This document shows positions 1-13,180 of a DNA stretch of 64,000 nucleotides, one piece after another. This stretch comes from Pristiophorus japonicus (Eukaryota). The position numbers and the translations under genes were made by a program. The stretch spans positions 319,052,001-319,116,000 of the forward strand of contig NC_091979.1 of NCBI RefSeq assembly GCF_044704955.1, given 5' to 3'. Under the pieces are notes generated by a model, which did no database searches, was not told the origin of the DNA, and saw only the letters and a list, made by a program, of their open reading frames with translations. The stretch's first letter is position 1. Every line of letters starts with the position of its first letter.

Positions 1-127
1 TGCTAGAATTCTGAAATAAAAACAGAACATGCTGGACCCACTCAGCAGGTCAGGCAGCTTCTGCAGAGAGAGAAACAGAGTTAATGTTTCAGCTCGATAA
101 CCTTTCATCAGAACATATTTTCTGCAG
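1..127. repeat. Fragment of a palindromic dispersed repeat (MITE-like)
   Basis: aataaaaacagaa.atgctgga...ctcagcaggtcaggcagc...gagagagaaacagagttaatgtttcag resembles both arms of the palindromic element at ~6795-6985. Confidence 0.55.
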
Positions 128-211
128 ATGATAAGGTATCGGTTGTTTTCAACTTCCCGTCTCAAGAATAATTCTTCAAAATCATCTGACTCTAAAAGGG
201 TGTGGATGATA

Positions 212-217
212 TATAAA
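212..217 (+). promoter_or_regulatory. Candidate TATA box of the IFIT gene
   Basis: TATAAA about 100 bp upstream of the exon-1 ATG, in non-repetitive sequence. Confidence 0.4.
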
Positions 218-316
218 TATCTTGGAAGAGCTGAACACACTTAGTTCTGTTTTTACAGCTGATCAGACAACAGAAGTAAAATTAAACAAGAAGCAGGCCG
301 ATTCATTCCGACCATC

Positions 317-321
317 ATGAG
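317..321 (+). CDS. IFIT: IFIT coding exon 1 (ATG AG, phase-2 splice donor)
   Basis: accatcATGAG|gtaaga: A at -3 and a strong donor. It joins in frame to acceptor tcttacag|T at 21829, giving MSDTERDALKVKLLQLQCHFTW. IFIT genes typically have a first exon carrying only the start codon plus 2 nt. Confidence 0.75.
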
Positions 322-364
322 GTAAGAGTGAATTTCATGTGTAAATAACGTATATAGTTAAGAT

Positions 365-617
365 GTCAGCTGTGGTACAGCGGTAACACGCTTGCCTTTG
401 AGTCAGTGGCTTATGTCCCACTCCAGAGACATGAGCGCGAAATCCAGGCTGACATTCCAGTGCAGTACAGAGGGAGTGCACACTATCGGAGGTGCCGTCT
501 TTTGGATGAGACATTAAATGGAGGCCCCGTCTGCCCCCTCAAGTAGATGTAAAGGATCCCCTGGCATTATTGCGAAGAAGAGCAGGGGAGTTTTTCCTTG
601 TGTCCTTGCCAATATTT
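365..617 (+). mobile_element. DeuSINE/SacSINE1-like SINE, 5' part (a matching 3' tail lies at ~2003-2165)
   Basis: tRNA-like head gtcagctgtgg...gagtcag, and Deu-domain-like core cagtgcagtacagagggagtgc...ggaggtgccgtcttttggatgagac. Confidence 0.65.
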
Positions 618-619
618 GT

Positions 620-1190
620 CTTGTGTGTCAAATCTTGGTTAGACCACACTTGAAGTACTGTGCAATGTTCTGGTATACCTATTATAAAAAGGATATAGAG
701 GCACTGCAGTGGGTGCAAAAATGATTCACAAGGATGATACCAGAACTGAGAGAGTATACCTATCAAGAAAGGCTGAAAAGGCTGTGACTCTTTTGCCTAG
801 AATAAAGACGGCTGAGGGCGTGAGCTGACCAAGGTCTTTAAGATCATTGAAGCGTTTGATAAGGTAGATGTAGAGAAGCTGTTTCTGCTTGTGGGGGAGA
901 CCAAAACTAGGAACGATAAGTATAATAGTTACTAATAAATCCAAATAGGAATTCAGGAGAAATGTCTTCATCCAAAGAGAGGTAGGAATGTGGAACTCTC
1001 GACCACAAGGAGTAGTTGAGCCGAATAGCACAGATACAGTTAAGGGATAGCTAGATATACATATGAGTCAGAACGTAATAGAAGGATTTACTGATAGGGT
1101 TGGATGAAGAAGGGTGAGACGAGGATCGTGTGGAGACCAATTGGGCTGAATGGCGTGCTTCTGTGCTGTAGACGCTACGTAATTCTCTGT
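620..1190 (+). mobile_element. Old 5'-truncated CR1 LINE 3' end
   Basis: Degenerate ORF2 C-terminus LVRPHLKYCAMFW...KKDIEALQWVQK, followed by CR1 3' UTR. Confidence 0.8.
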
Positions 1191-1264
1191 AAACCTTAAT
1201 CGACATCGCTAAAACACAATGGAATGAATTTAGCTGTACTAATAACAGCAAAGCTGTCAGTGCT

Positions 1265-2000
1265 TGCCATTATTGCAATGTAAATTTCACAGCAACTTCT
1301 GGCATCTGCACATGCGCAGTTTTTAGTGGAAATCCGGAATTTGCTGTCTGTGATACCCTGCTTCTCCACAGGGTGTGCTGTTGCAGTCTTCGCCGATGGA
1401 ACCTGCACAGAAATCATAGTTAAGGCATGAACTTAAACTAATTACCCACTATTAACACACTAAAGACCAATGAAAACTTGAGCCTTCTTCAAACAGGAGT
1501 AACTGAGTTTTTAACGGTATGATAATTCATAATTACTTTTGAACAACCTCTCTGGTCCTGAAAAAATAATTTTATAAGTGTGGAATCTCATTCCCTCAGA
1601 AGAAAATTCATGTTGCAGACTTTTAAAGATATAAAAATTCAAATAATGTTATTATTATAGTTTATGTGTTTTGCTCTTTTATGTCTCTCTTTTAATCTCA
1701 TGTGTATGTCCCAATCTTTATTTTGTTTCCTGTACAATGATTTAAATGTAATTTATATTTCCTGTTATTTACTTCCTGCTTTGCCACCTGTGCGGTTTCT
1801 TCAATCTGAGTGGTTGAACAGCTTCCCTGCTGCTTGGTCTGCTCACAGACATCACACATCCCCTGCAGGGAGCATCGAATTCAAACAGACGCTGGAAGAC
1901 TGGAAATCTGCGTTGACAAGCCCACCAAAAGTCTGTGGGCAACTGTACGTGAGGTCAACGGCAAAAGTCGTTCCTTCGTCATTCACAACAAAATCCGAGC
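1265..2000. mobile_element. Probable non-autonomous DNA transposon remnant
   Basis: Patchy similarity to the TIR-bounded element at 23826-25231 (e.g. 1500-1590 vs 24100-24180); non-coding. Confidence 0.35.
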
Positions 2001-2169
2001 AATTATCCGGCCATTATCAAATTGCTGTTTGTGGGAGCTTGCTGTGCACAAATTGGTGCCAGCATTTCCTGCATTGCAAGAGCGACTAAACTTCAAAAGT
2101 ACTTCAGTGACTTTGAAGCGTTTTGGAATGTCCTGAGTCTGTGAGGGGTGCTACACAAATGCAGCAACT

Positions 2170-2690
2170 GACACATGTCCTGAGTCCCCAAAGCTGTTCT
2201 GCCAGCTACAAGGCTTCAGTCAGGAGTGTGATAGAACACTCTCCACTTGCCTGGATGAGTACAGTTTCAGCAACACTCAATAAGCTCAGCACCATCCAGG
2301 ATAAAGCGACCCGCGTGACCGGCACCTCATCCACCACCTAAACCATCCACAAGTTGCACTGCAGCAAATCACCACAGCTTCTTTAATAGCATCTACCAAA
2401 CCTGCGACCTTTACCATCTAGAAGTACAAGGGCAGCAGGTGCATGGTAACACCATCACCTCCAACTTCCCCTGCAAGTCACATACCATCCCGACTTGGAA
2501 ATATGTCACTGTTCCTTCATCGTTGCTGCGTCAAAATCCTGAAACTCCTTCCCTAACAGCACTGTGCGATACCTTCACCTACGGACTGCAGTGGTTCAAG
2601 AAGGAGGCCCATCGTCACCTTCTCAAGAGCAATTAGGGAAGAGCAATAAATGCTCTCCTTGCCAGTCACACCCATACCCCGTGACTGAAT
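2170..2690 (+). mobile_element. CR1/L2-superfamily LINE 3' fragment (different family)
   Basis: YKASVRSVIEHSPLAWMS...LNKLSTIQDKATRVTG ORF2 C-terminal motif; the 3' end carries AATAAA. Confidence 0.7.
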
Positions 2691-3271
2691 AATTTTAAAA
2701 ATGTATTTCTTTCCAGAAACAATAGTATTTTTTATATTACACTAATTAAACCAGTTTTGTAAAGTCCCTTGCTCAACCTGGGTCTGGCATTTTTTGTCTT
2801 AGTTATTAGCAATGTAACAAGTCAGAATGTAACTGTTTTTATCTCATAATACTCCTGTGAAGTGCCTTGGATGTTTCACTACGTGAAAGAGGCTATATAA
2901 ATACAATAGTTGTTGTTGTTGTGGACAGTAACACTGACAGCCCCGGTTTGCCCGTGATTCAGTGCAGAGGAGGGAGAACGCCCGGGCACAAGGCCGCTCG
3001 CTCTGGAAGTAGCGTGAACACCTGCGGTGTGTCACCACCAGGTGGCGTGTGAAGTGGGCAGGGGGTGAGGTCAGACAGAACATGGAGAGACTGGGGGAGG
3101 GGCCAGTGAATGCAGCAAGGCGACAAGAGGCAAGAAAGCCTCGAAAGCTGTTTGGAGAGGAGACGAGTTCAAGAGGGAAACTCAAGAGAGCCACCTGGAG
3201 ACGACAAGAGCCCCGAGAGCAGCCTGGAGAAGGACAGCAGCTGAGAAGGCGAGAGACTCACAGCGAGACCA

Positions 3272-6200
3272 AAGAACATAAGAACATAAGAATTAGGAAC
3301 AGGAGAAGGCCATCAAGCCCCTCGAGCCTGCTCCACCATTCAAAAAGATCATGGCTGATCTGGCCGTGGACTCAGCTCCACTTACCCGCCCGCTCCCCGT
3401 AACCCTTAATTACCTTATTGGTTAAAAATCTATCTATCTGTGATTTAAATACATTCAATGAGCTAGCCTCAACTGCTTCCTTGGGCAGAGAATTACACAG
3501 ATTCACAACCCTTTGGGAGAAGAAATTCCTTCTCAACTCGGTTTTAAATTGGCTCCCCCGTATTTTGAGGCTGTGCCCCCTAGTTCTAGTCTCCGGACTA
3601 GTGGAAATAACCTCTCTGCCTCTATCTTGTCTATCCCTTTCATTATTTTAAATGTTTCTATAAGATCACCCCTCATCCATCTGAACTCCAACGAGTAAAG
3701 ACCCAGTCTACTCAATCTATCATCATAAGGTAACCCCCTCACCTCCGGAATCAGCCGAGTGAATCGTCTCTGTACCCCCTCGAAGGCTAGTATATCCTTC
3801 CTTAAGTAAGGTGACCAAAACTGCATGCAGTACTCCAGGTGCGGCCTCACCAATACCCTGTACATTTGCAGCAGGACCTCCCTGCTTTTGTACTCCATCC
3901 CTCTCGCAATGAAGGCCAACATTCCATTCGCCTTCCTGATTACCTGCTGCACCTGCAAACTAACTTTTTGGGATTCATGCACAAGGACCCCCAGGTCCCT
4001 CTGCACCGCAGCATGTTGTAATTCAAATAATATTCCCTTTTCCTGTTTTTTTTTCCCAAGGTGGATGACCTCACATTTTCCGGCATTGTATTCCATCTGC
4101 CAAACCTTAGCCTATTCGCTTAACCTATCCAAATCTCTTTGCAGCCTCTCTGTGTCTTCTACACAACCCGCTTTCCCACTAATCTTTGTGTCATCTGCAA
4201 ATTTTGTTATACTACAACCTGTCCCCTCTTCCAGGTCATCTATGTATATTGTAAACAGTTGTGGTCCCAGCACCGATCCCTGTGGCACACCACTAACCAC
4301 CAATTTCCAACCCGAAAAGGACCCATTTATCCCGATTCTCTGCTTTCTGTTAGCCAGCCAATTCTCGATCCATGCTAATACATTTCCTCTGACTCCGCGT
4401 ACCTTTATCTTCTGCAGTAATCTTTTGTGTGACACCTTATCGAATGCCTTTTGGAAATCTAAATACACCACATCCATCGGTACACCTCTATCCACCATGC
4501 TCGTTATATCCTCAAAGAATTCCATTAAGTTAGTTAAACATGATTTCCCCTTCATGAATCCATGTTGCGTCTGCTTGATTGCACTATTCCTATCTAGATG
4601 TCCCGCTATTTCTTCCTTAATGATAGCTTCAAGCATTTTCCCCACTACAGATGTTAAACTAACCGGCCTACAGTTACCTGCCTTTTGTCTGCCCCCTTTT
4701 TTAAACAGAGGCGTTACATTAGCTGCTTTCCAATCCGCTGGTACCTCCCAGAGTCCAGAGAATTTTGGTCGATTATAACTAATGCATCTGCTATTACTTC
4801 CACCATCTCTTTTAATACCCTGGGATGCATTTCATCAGGACCAGGGGACTTGTCTACCTTGAGTCCCATTAGCCTGTCCAGCACTACCTCCCTAGTGATA
4901 GTGATTGTCTCAAGTTCCTCCCTTCCCACATTCCCGTGACCAGCAATTTTTGGCATGGTTTTTGTGTCTTCCACTGTGAAGACCGAAGCAAAATAATTGT
5001 TTAAGGTCTCAGCCATTTCCACATTTCCCATTATTAAATCCCCCTTCTCATCTTCTAAGGGACCAACATTCACTTTTACGAGGAGATCGTTTATTATTCC
5101 TGTCTCATTATACAGGACCAGTTCTAAGATAGCTTGCTCCCTTGTAGGTTCTGTAACATACTGTTCTAAAAAACAATCCCGTATGCATTCTATGAATTCC
5201 TTCTCAAGGCAACCCCGTGCGATTTGATTTGACCAATCGATATGTAGGTTAAAATCCCCCATGATTACTGCCGTTTCTTTTTCACATGCCTCTATTATTC
5301 CCTTGATTATTGTCCGCCCCACCGTGAAGTTATTATCTGGGGGCCTATAAACTATGCCCACCAGTGACATTTTCCCCTTACTATCTCTAATCTCCACCCA
5401 CAATGATTCAACATTTTGTTCATTAGAGCCAATATCGTTTCTCACAACTGCCCTGATATCATCCTTTATTGACAGAGCTACCCCACCTCCTTTCCCTTCT
5501 TGTCTATCCTTCCGAATAGTCAGATACCCCTGTATGTTTAATTCCCAGTCTTGGCCACCCTGCAACCACATTTCTGTAATGGCCACCAAATCATACCCAT
5601 TTGGAATGATTTGTGGCGTCAACTCATTTACTTTATTTCGAATGCTGCGTGCATTTAGGTAGAGTGTTTTAATACTAGTTTTTAAACCATGATTTTTAGT
5701 TTTGATCCCTCCTGCAGCCCCTTTATATTCATACATATTGTCCCTTCCTATCACCTTGTGGTTTACACTTACCCCAATGCTACTCTTCTCTGTTGCCTCC
5801 TGCCTTTTGCATTCTTCCTTGGGGTCCTGTTCATCTGAGCTCTCACCTATTCTAACTAGCTCAGAGCCCTCTTCTGGGTTCCGAATACTCCTCGCGTTGA
5901 GGCACCGAGCTTTCAGGCTTGCCTTTTTATTACATTTTGACCCTTTGGAATTTTGCTACATTGGCCCTTTTTGTTTTTTGCCTTGGGTTTCTCTGCCCTC
6001 CACTTTTACTCATCTCCTTTCTGTCTTTTGCTTCTGTCTCCATTTTGTTTCCCTCTGTCTCCCTGCATTGGTTCCCATCCCTCTGCCATATTAGTTTAAC
6101 TCCTCCCCAACAGCACGAGCAAACACTCCCCCTAGGACATTGGTTCTGGTCCTGCCCAGGTGCAGACTGTCCGGTTTGTACTGGTCCCACCTCCCCCAGA

Positions 6201-6530
6201 ACCGGTTCCAAAGCCCCAGTAATTTGAATCCCTCCCTGCTGCACCACTGCTCAAGCCACATATTCATCTGCGCTATCCTGCGATTCCTACTCTGACTAGC
6301 ACGTGGCACTGGTCGCAATCCAGAAATTACTACTTTTGAGGTTCTACTTTTTAATTTAGCTCCTAACTCCATAAATTCGTCTCGTAGGACCTCATCCCTT
6401 GTTTTACCTATATCGTTGGCACCAATGTGCACCAGGACAACCGGCTGTTCACCCTCCCTTTTCAGAATGTCCTACACCCGCTCCGAGACATCCTTGACCC
6501 TTGCACCAGGGAAGCAACATACCATCCTGA
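3272..6530 (-). mobile_element. CR1 LINE: ORF1 esterase 3' half, ORF2 APE endonuclease + RT with internal deletion; (CTTATGTT)n tail
   Basis: HIGANDI and DSLH (SGNH esterase); LNARSIRNK, AITEMW, GDFN (APE); [26 protein letters not shown] (RT); tail at 3272-3290. Confidence 0.95.
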
Positions 6531-6694
6531 GCCCAATCGCCCTGCAATCCTCATTGGCAATAAAGCACGATATTGCCAGCCTATTCCCCCATTCCCTCTC
6601 ACTTTTACTCTCATTATTTCCCACATATTCTCCAACAGCAGCTCTGATGGGAAAGGGAAGGGAGTGAAATGCAGGGGAAAGGAGGGGTAACAGG

Positions 6695-7158
6695 TGTAAT
6701 GTAATGTCTTCATGGGTTCTTGGCTTAAGAATTCATAGCAACACTTTGCTGTTAAGAACTAGTTGGTTTATTAACAAACGACACATTACCACAAATACAA
6801 AAGCAAAATACTGCAGATGCTGGAATCTGAAATAGAAAGAGAGAATGCCAGAAATCTCAGCGGGTCAGGCAGCGTGTGTGACAGAGTTCTGACAAAGGGT
6901 CACAGAACCGAAACGTTAACTTTGTTTCTCTCCACAGATGCTGCCTGACTTCCTGAGATTTCCAGCATTTTCTGTTTTTATTACTAAACATTACCAGTTC
7001 ATCCACTAGGCTCAGAACTGCACAACTCATTGTGGATGACCCAGAGCCAACTGACTGGGGTTTTATTGAATCCTGTGAACATCACGTGACTGGCTCAGCC
7101 ACTCACAGTGCAACAGCTCTACAAACCTGTGAGCATACACACAGGTACATACATTACA
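6695..7158 (-). mobile_element. Solo LTR (Gypsy-type) containing a palindromic MITE at ~6795-6985
   Basis: TGTAATG...CATTACA termini; flanks acagg/acaag (5-bp TSD, 1 mismatch); ends in catacattaca like the Gypsy LTRs at 8816 and 14023. Confidence 0.6.
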
Positions 7159-7167
7159 ACAAGGAAT

Positions 7168-8445
7168 AAAGGGTAATGAAGGGGAGAGGTAATGGGAAGG
7201 GTTGAGGGAGCTAAGATGGGAAATCGATTTCAATATAGGAGAGAGCGAAGTGTGAGGTGAAATGTGGTTTGCAAAGTGCCCGGGGTGTTTGTCGAATCCC
7301 CTGAGTATTTCCCAAACCGACCTAACCCTAATTTCAATGTTTAGGGAATTGTGGTCCTGCTCCCCACATTCTCTAACATTTAAAGCTGTAACTTTTGGCA
7401 CAGCTCTGATCATGTTGTTTCCTGACATGCGCAGAGTTATCTCCTGAACAGGACAGTTACAGCCAGGCTGTGGAGACAAACGATGTAAACTGGGGTTTGC
7501 TGACTGCAACTTGCTTTAGTATAAAGATACTCGAACTGTCAACAGTCTCGCTGGAATGCTTTAACCTGCACTGACTGCCTGTAGCCCTGGAAGGTCATTG
7601 AAGGTTGGCATGCAGGTACAGCAGGCGGCTAAGAAAGCAAATGGCATGTTGGCCTTCATAGCGAGGGGATTTGAGTACAGGGGCAGGGAGGTGTTACTAC
7701 AGTTGTACAGGGCCTTGGTGAGGCCACACCTGGAGTATTGTGTACAGTTTTGGTCTCCTAAATTGAGGAAGGACATTCTTGCTATTGAGGGAGTTCAGCG
7801 AAGGTTCACCAGACTGATTCCCGGGATGGCAGCACTGACATATCAAGAAAGACTGGACCAACTGGGCTTGTATACACTGGAGTTCAGAAGAATGAGAGGG
7901 GACCTCATAGAAACGTTTAAAATTCTGACGGGTTTAGACAGGTTCGATGCAGGAAGAATGTTCCCAATGTTGGGGAAGTCCAGAACCAGGGGTCACAGTC
8001 TAAGGATAAGGGGAAAGCCATTTAGAACCGAGATGAGGAGAAACTTCTTCACCCAGAGAGTGGTGAACCTGTGGAATTCTCTACCACAGAAAGTTGTTGA
8101 GGCCAATTCACTAAATATATTCAAAAAGGAGTTAGATGTAGTCCTTACGACTAGGAGGATCAAGGGGTATGGCGAGAAAGCAGGAATGGGGTACTGAAGT
8201 TGCATGTTCAGCCATGAACTCATTGAATGATGGTGCAGGCTCGAAGGGCCGAATGGCCGACTCCTGCACCTATTTTCTATGTTTCTATGTTTCTAACTCT
8301 GAGACACCAAATGCTGGCTTGCGGCCAAAACTGAATTTGCACATTTACTCAACAGGCCGATATTTAATCAGCACGTTGCTCAAACTATACAACATGCAGA
8401 TAGCTGGCAATTCAGATGAACCTGTTTAGGTAAAGGAAGAAATAA
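7168..8445 (+). repeat. Paralogous copy of the IFIT 3' UTR/flank (23255-23824), interrupted by CR1 at 7593-8294
   Basis: Colinear similarity over ~570 bp, e.g. gaatcccctgagtattt, ctggaatgctttaacctgcactgactgcctgtagccctggaa, ccaaaactgaatttgcacatttactcaacag. Confidence 0.85.
7593..8294 (+). mobile_element. 5'-truncated CR1 LINE
   Basis: ORF 7598-8197 (LVRPHLEYCVQFWSP, FFTQRVVNLWNSLP); (CTATGTTT)n tail. Confidence 0.95.
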
Positions 8446-10903
8446 TGAATTGCATTTACATAGTACCTTACACAATCTTAGGACGTCCCAAAGCATTTCA
8501 CACCCAATTAAGTACTTTTGAAGTGTGGTCACCGCTGTAATGAAGGAAATGCGGCAGCAATTTGGTGCACAGCAAGGTCCCACAAATAGCAACATGATAG
8601 TGACCAGAGTGTAGTTTTTGAAATTATATAATGAACTCCGTACTGTGAGCCAGTGACTAGGTGTTACCTGGTCAGTCTTTAATGGCTTCCAGAAGTGAAG
8701 ATACAAAGGTGAAGTTCAGTTCATACACCAGGCCCAGCACCAGTGTACTTATGACCTTAGGACCTCTGACAGTAGTGGCCCCTGGTGGTGGGCAGACCTT
8801 ATGTACATACATTACATCATTCCCCCTGCCAGTTCTTGGCACAAGTCCATATTACAAGCTCAGATGGTCCGGAGCACTTCGCTCCCTAGTTGACCGTCTC
8901 AGTACAATCCCAGTGCTTTCCGAGTCTCTCACGACTTGGAGCTGGGTGTTGACCACAGTGGGTTCTTCTGATGGCTGGACATGAGTTGGTTGGTCGTCTA
9001 AGCTCGAGGTGTCTTCTTCCAACTGTTCCGGTTCGTCAGTGTGTCTTTGCTTGATTTGATCAATGTGTTTCCTGCACATCTGCCCATTCCTGAGCTTAAC
9101 AATAAACACTTGATTACCCTCCTTATCCGTAACATTGTCCAGGAGCCACTTGGGCCCTTGACCATGGTTAAGTACATACACTGGGTCATTTACAGATAGG
9201 TCACGTGACACTGCGGTGTGGTTGTGATACCACTCCTTGCGTTGACGTTGGGTTTCGACATGATCGATAAGGTCAGGATAGACTAGAGAGAGCCTGGTTT
9301 TGAGGCCTCTCTTCATCAATAGTTCTGCAGGTGGGCCCCCGGTGAGTGTGTGTGGCCTTGACCTGTAACTGAGCAGTATGCGTGATAGGCGTGTCTGCAA
9401 GGAACCATGAGTTACATGTTTCAGGCTCTGCTTGATGGTTTGAACTGCCCACTCCATTTGGCCATTGGACGCGGGTTTGAACGAGGCTGACCTCACGTGT
9501 TTTATGCCGTTGCGTTTCATGAACTCTTGAAACTCCAGGCTCGTGAAACACAGTCCGTTGTCGCTGACAACGATGTCTGGCAGACCATGTGTGGCAAACA
9601 TGACTCTCAGGTTCTCAATGGTGGCAGTGGAAGTGCTGGATGACATGATCACACATTCTATCCATTTGGAGTATTCATCCACCATCACAAAAAACATTTT
9701 ACTGAGGAAGGGGCCCGCAAAGTCAATGTGGATTCTAGACCACGGTTTGGATGGCCATGACCACAGACTGAGCGGAGTTTCCTTTGGGGCATTGCTTAAC
9801 TGCATGCAAGAGCTGCACTGATGCATGCATGACTCTGAGTCCAAGTCAGTGCCACGCCACCAAACATGGGACCTGCCGATGACCTTCATCACGACAATAC
9901 CGGGATGCATACTATGTAACTCCCGCACAAATCTCGCCCTGCCTTTCTTGGGCATTACAACACGATTACCCCACAGTAATAGTCAGATTGGATGGACAGC
10001 TCACCTTTGCGATGGCTGCACAGTTTGGTTTCATCACCCATTTCCTTGGGGATGGTCGACCAGTCCCTGTTGAGAACACAATGGTTTACAACTGATAGGG
10101 TCAGATCCTGGCTGGTCTCAGTCTTGTTGAGCAGTGACAGCCGACCCTTCACTCTCAAAGGCATCCATGACCATGAGTAGCTCTGCGGGCATTGGCGTTT
10201 CCATCTCCGGTGTGGGCAACAGTAACTGGCTCAATGCATCAGCGCAGTTGTCGGTGCCTGGTCTATGACGAATGACATAATCATCGACAGATAATGTCAG
10301 CGCCCACCTCTGGATGTGGGACGACGCGTTGGTATTGATACCTTTATGTTCTGAGAACAACGATATAAGCGGCTTGTGATTGGTTTCCAGCTCGAAGTGA
10401 AGCCCAAATAGGTACTGGTGCATTTTTTTTACCCCATAAACACATGGTAAAGCATCTTTCTCTATCATGCCGTAAGCTTTTTCCGCCTTGGACAGGCTTC
10501 GAGACGCGTATGCAACTGGTTGTAGCTTGCCTGACTCGTTGGCTTGCTGGAGTACGCAGCCGACCCCATAGGACAATGCATCACAGGTCGAAACTAGACG
10601 CATGCATGGGTCATACAGTACCAGTAGCTTGTGGGAACACAACAGATTTTCTAGCCTTCTCAAAGGCACTGTCTTGAAGTTCATCCCACACCCAGTCATC
10701 TTCTTTCCTGAGCAGCTTCTGCAAAGGCTCTAATACTGTGCTCAATTTGGGTAAGAAGTTACCGAAGTAGTTGAGAAGATGCAGGAACAAACACAGCTCC
10801 ATCACATTCTGTGGCCTGGGCGCATTTTGATGGCCTCTGTTTTCGCGTCTGTAGGCCTGATTCCGTCTGTGGCAATCTTTCGTCCAAGGAATTCGACCTC
10901 TGG

Positions 10904-11686
10904 TGGCAAAAACACGAAGACAGAATATTATCTGAATGGTGGCAGATTAGGAAAAGGGGAGGTGCAACGAGACCTGGGTGTCATGGTACATAAGTTATTG
11001 AAAGTTCGCATGCAGGTACAGCAGACGGTGAAGAAGGCAAATGGTACGTTGGCCTTCATAGCTCGGGGATTTAAGTACAGGAGCAGGGAGGTCTTACTGC
11101 AGTTGTACAGGGCCTTAGTGAGGCCTCCCCTGGAATATTGTGTTCAGTTTTGGTCTACTAATCTGAGGAAGGACTTTCTTGCTATTGAGGGAGTGCAGCG
11201 AAGGTTCACCAGACTGATTCTGGGGATGGCAGGACTGACATATGAGGACAGACTGGATCAACTGGGCCTGTATTCACTGGAGTTTAGAAGGATGAGAGGG
11301 GATCTCATAGAAACATATAAAATTCTGACGCGACTGGACAGGTTAGATGCAGGAGGAATGTTCCTGATGTTGGGGAAGTCCAGAACCAAGGGACATAGTC
11401 TAAGGATAAGGGGTAAGCCATTTAGGACTGAGATGAGGAGAAACTTCTTCACTCAGAGAGTTGTTAACCTGTGGAATTCCCAACTGCAGAGAGTTGTTGA
11501 TGCCAGTTATATTCAAGAGGGAATTAGATGTAGCCCTTACAGCTAAAGGGATCAAGGGGTATGGAGAGAAAACAGGAAAGGGGTACTGAGGTGAATGATC
11601 AGCCATGATCTTATTGAATGGTGATGCAGGCTCGAAGGGCCGAATGGCCTACTCCTGCACCTATTTTCTAAGTTTCTATGTTTCTA
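10904..11686 (+). mobile_element. CR1 3' fragment inserted into the Gypsy RT
   Basis: Splits the Gypsy motif KCVF|..EVEFLG; CR1 ORF2 C-terminus and CTATGTTT tail. Confidence 0.92.
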
Positions 11687-12964
11687 TGAAAACGCACTTT
11701 GAACATTTCAGCCTGTGTCTCACTTTGTCCAGACAATGCAAAACCTCTTCCAGATTGTGCAGGTGCTCAGCAGTGTCACAACCTGTGACTAGGATGTTGT
11801 CTTGGAATACCACGCTCCTGGGGATGGATTTCAATAGGCTCTCCATGTTTCTCTGAAATATGGCTGCCACTGAATGAATGCCAAAAGAGCAACTGTTGTA
11901 AATAAACAGTCCTTTGTGTATGTTGATGCACGTAAATTTCTTTAATGATTCAACCAGTTCCTGTGTTATGTAGGCCGACGTTCGATCCAATTTGGTGAAC
12001 GATTTTCCCCGGCTAGCGTTGCAAACAGGTCATCAGCTTTCGGTAGCAGGTACTGATCTTGTTTCAAAACTGGGTTGATCGTGACCTTGTTGGCTCCACA
12101 AATCCTGACCGTGCCGTCGCTCTTTAACACCAGCACAATGCGACTGGCCCATTCATTAAATTCGACCGGTGAAATGACCCCCTTGCATTGTAGTCCAATT
12201 CGAGCTCGACCTTTTCTCTCATCGTGTGCGGGACTGCCCTGGCTTTGTGATGGATGGGCCTTGTATCTGGGCCTAGGTGAATCTGCATCTTGGCTCCTTG
12301 AAGCTGCCAATTCCCGGTTCAAACAGTGAGGGAAATTTTCTCAGCACTTGAGCACACAAATCATCATCCACTGATGACAAAGCTTTGATATCGTACCATT
12401 TCCATTTTATTTTATCGAGCCAACTCCTGCCGGATAACAATGGGCCGTTGCCCGGGATAACCCATAACGGTAGATTGTGAACCGTTTCCTCGTACGACAC
12501 TCTTATTGCTGCACTACCGATCACTAGTGTGAGCTCTTTGGTGTAGGTACGCAACTTCGTATTTATCGGACTCAGCTTGGGTCTCTCTGCCTTGGTCTCC
12601 CACAGCTTTTCGAAAGTCCTCTGGCTCATTATCGATTGACTCGCACCCGTGTCTAATTCCATGGATACCGGCACGCCGTTTAATGTTACCTCCATCATTA
12701 TCGGTTGGCTCTTTGTTCGGAACGCACGTACGTTATACACTTCCTCCTCGGAGCTCTCAAATACCTTGAGCTGCATCGCCAGATCCACGCTGAATTGATC
12801 ATCATCCACGTGGTGCGTCACAGCTCGCTTGCTCCACTGCGGACACATCCGCTGAAGATGACCCGTCTTCACACACCCTCTGCATACATACTGCCTGAAA
12901 CGGCACTGATGGGGGCGATGAATGCCCCCGCAACGCCAACACGTTGAGCTCGGATTGGCGCCCG

Positions 12965-13180
12965 ATAGCGAACTTTGAGTGGCTCCCGTTCTCGCATACA
13001 CAGTCGAGCAGGCCCTCGATGGCGAATTTTGAGTGGCTTCCGTTCTCGCATACACAGTCGAGCAGGCCCTCGATGGTGAGCTTTGAGCGGCTCCCGGTCT
13101 CGCAGACACAGTCGAGTAGGCCCTCCATGGTGAGCTTTGAGCGGCTCCTGGTCTTGCAGACACAGTCGAGTAGGCCCTGC
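12965..13180 (-). repeat. 54-bp in-frame tandem repeat (4 copies) in Gypsy gag
   Basis: RAYSTVSARPGAAQSSPW-type 18-aa unit, repeated 4 times before the CWRCGG knuckle. Confidence 0.9.

Noticed and set aside
140-300. ISRE in the IFIT promoter
   Set aside because: Only imperfect matches (gttttcaacttcc); no canonical GAAANNGAAACT visible, though one may lie upstream of the window.
3825-4778. 317-aa plus-strand ORF and similar ORFs opposite CR1 copies
   Set aside because: Antisense shadows of CR1 ORF2.
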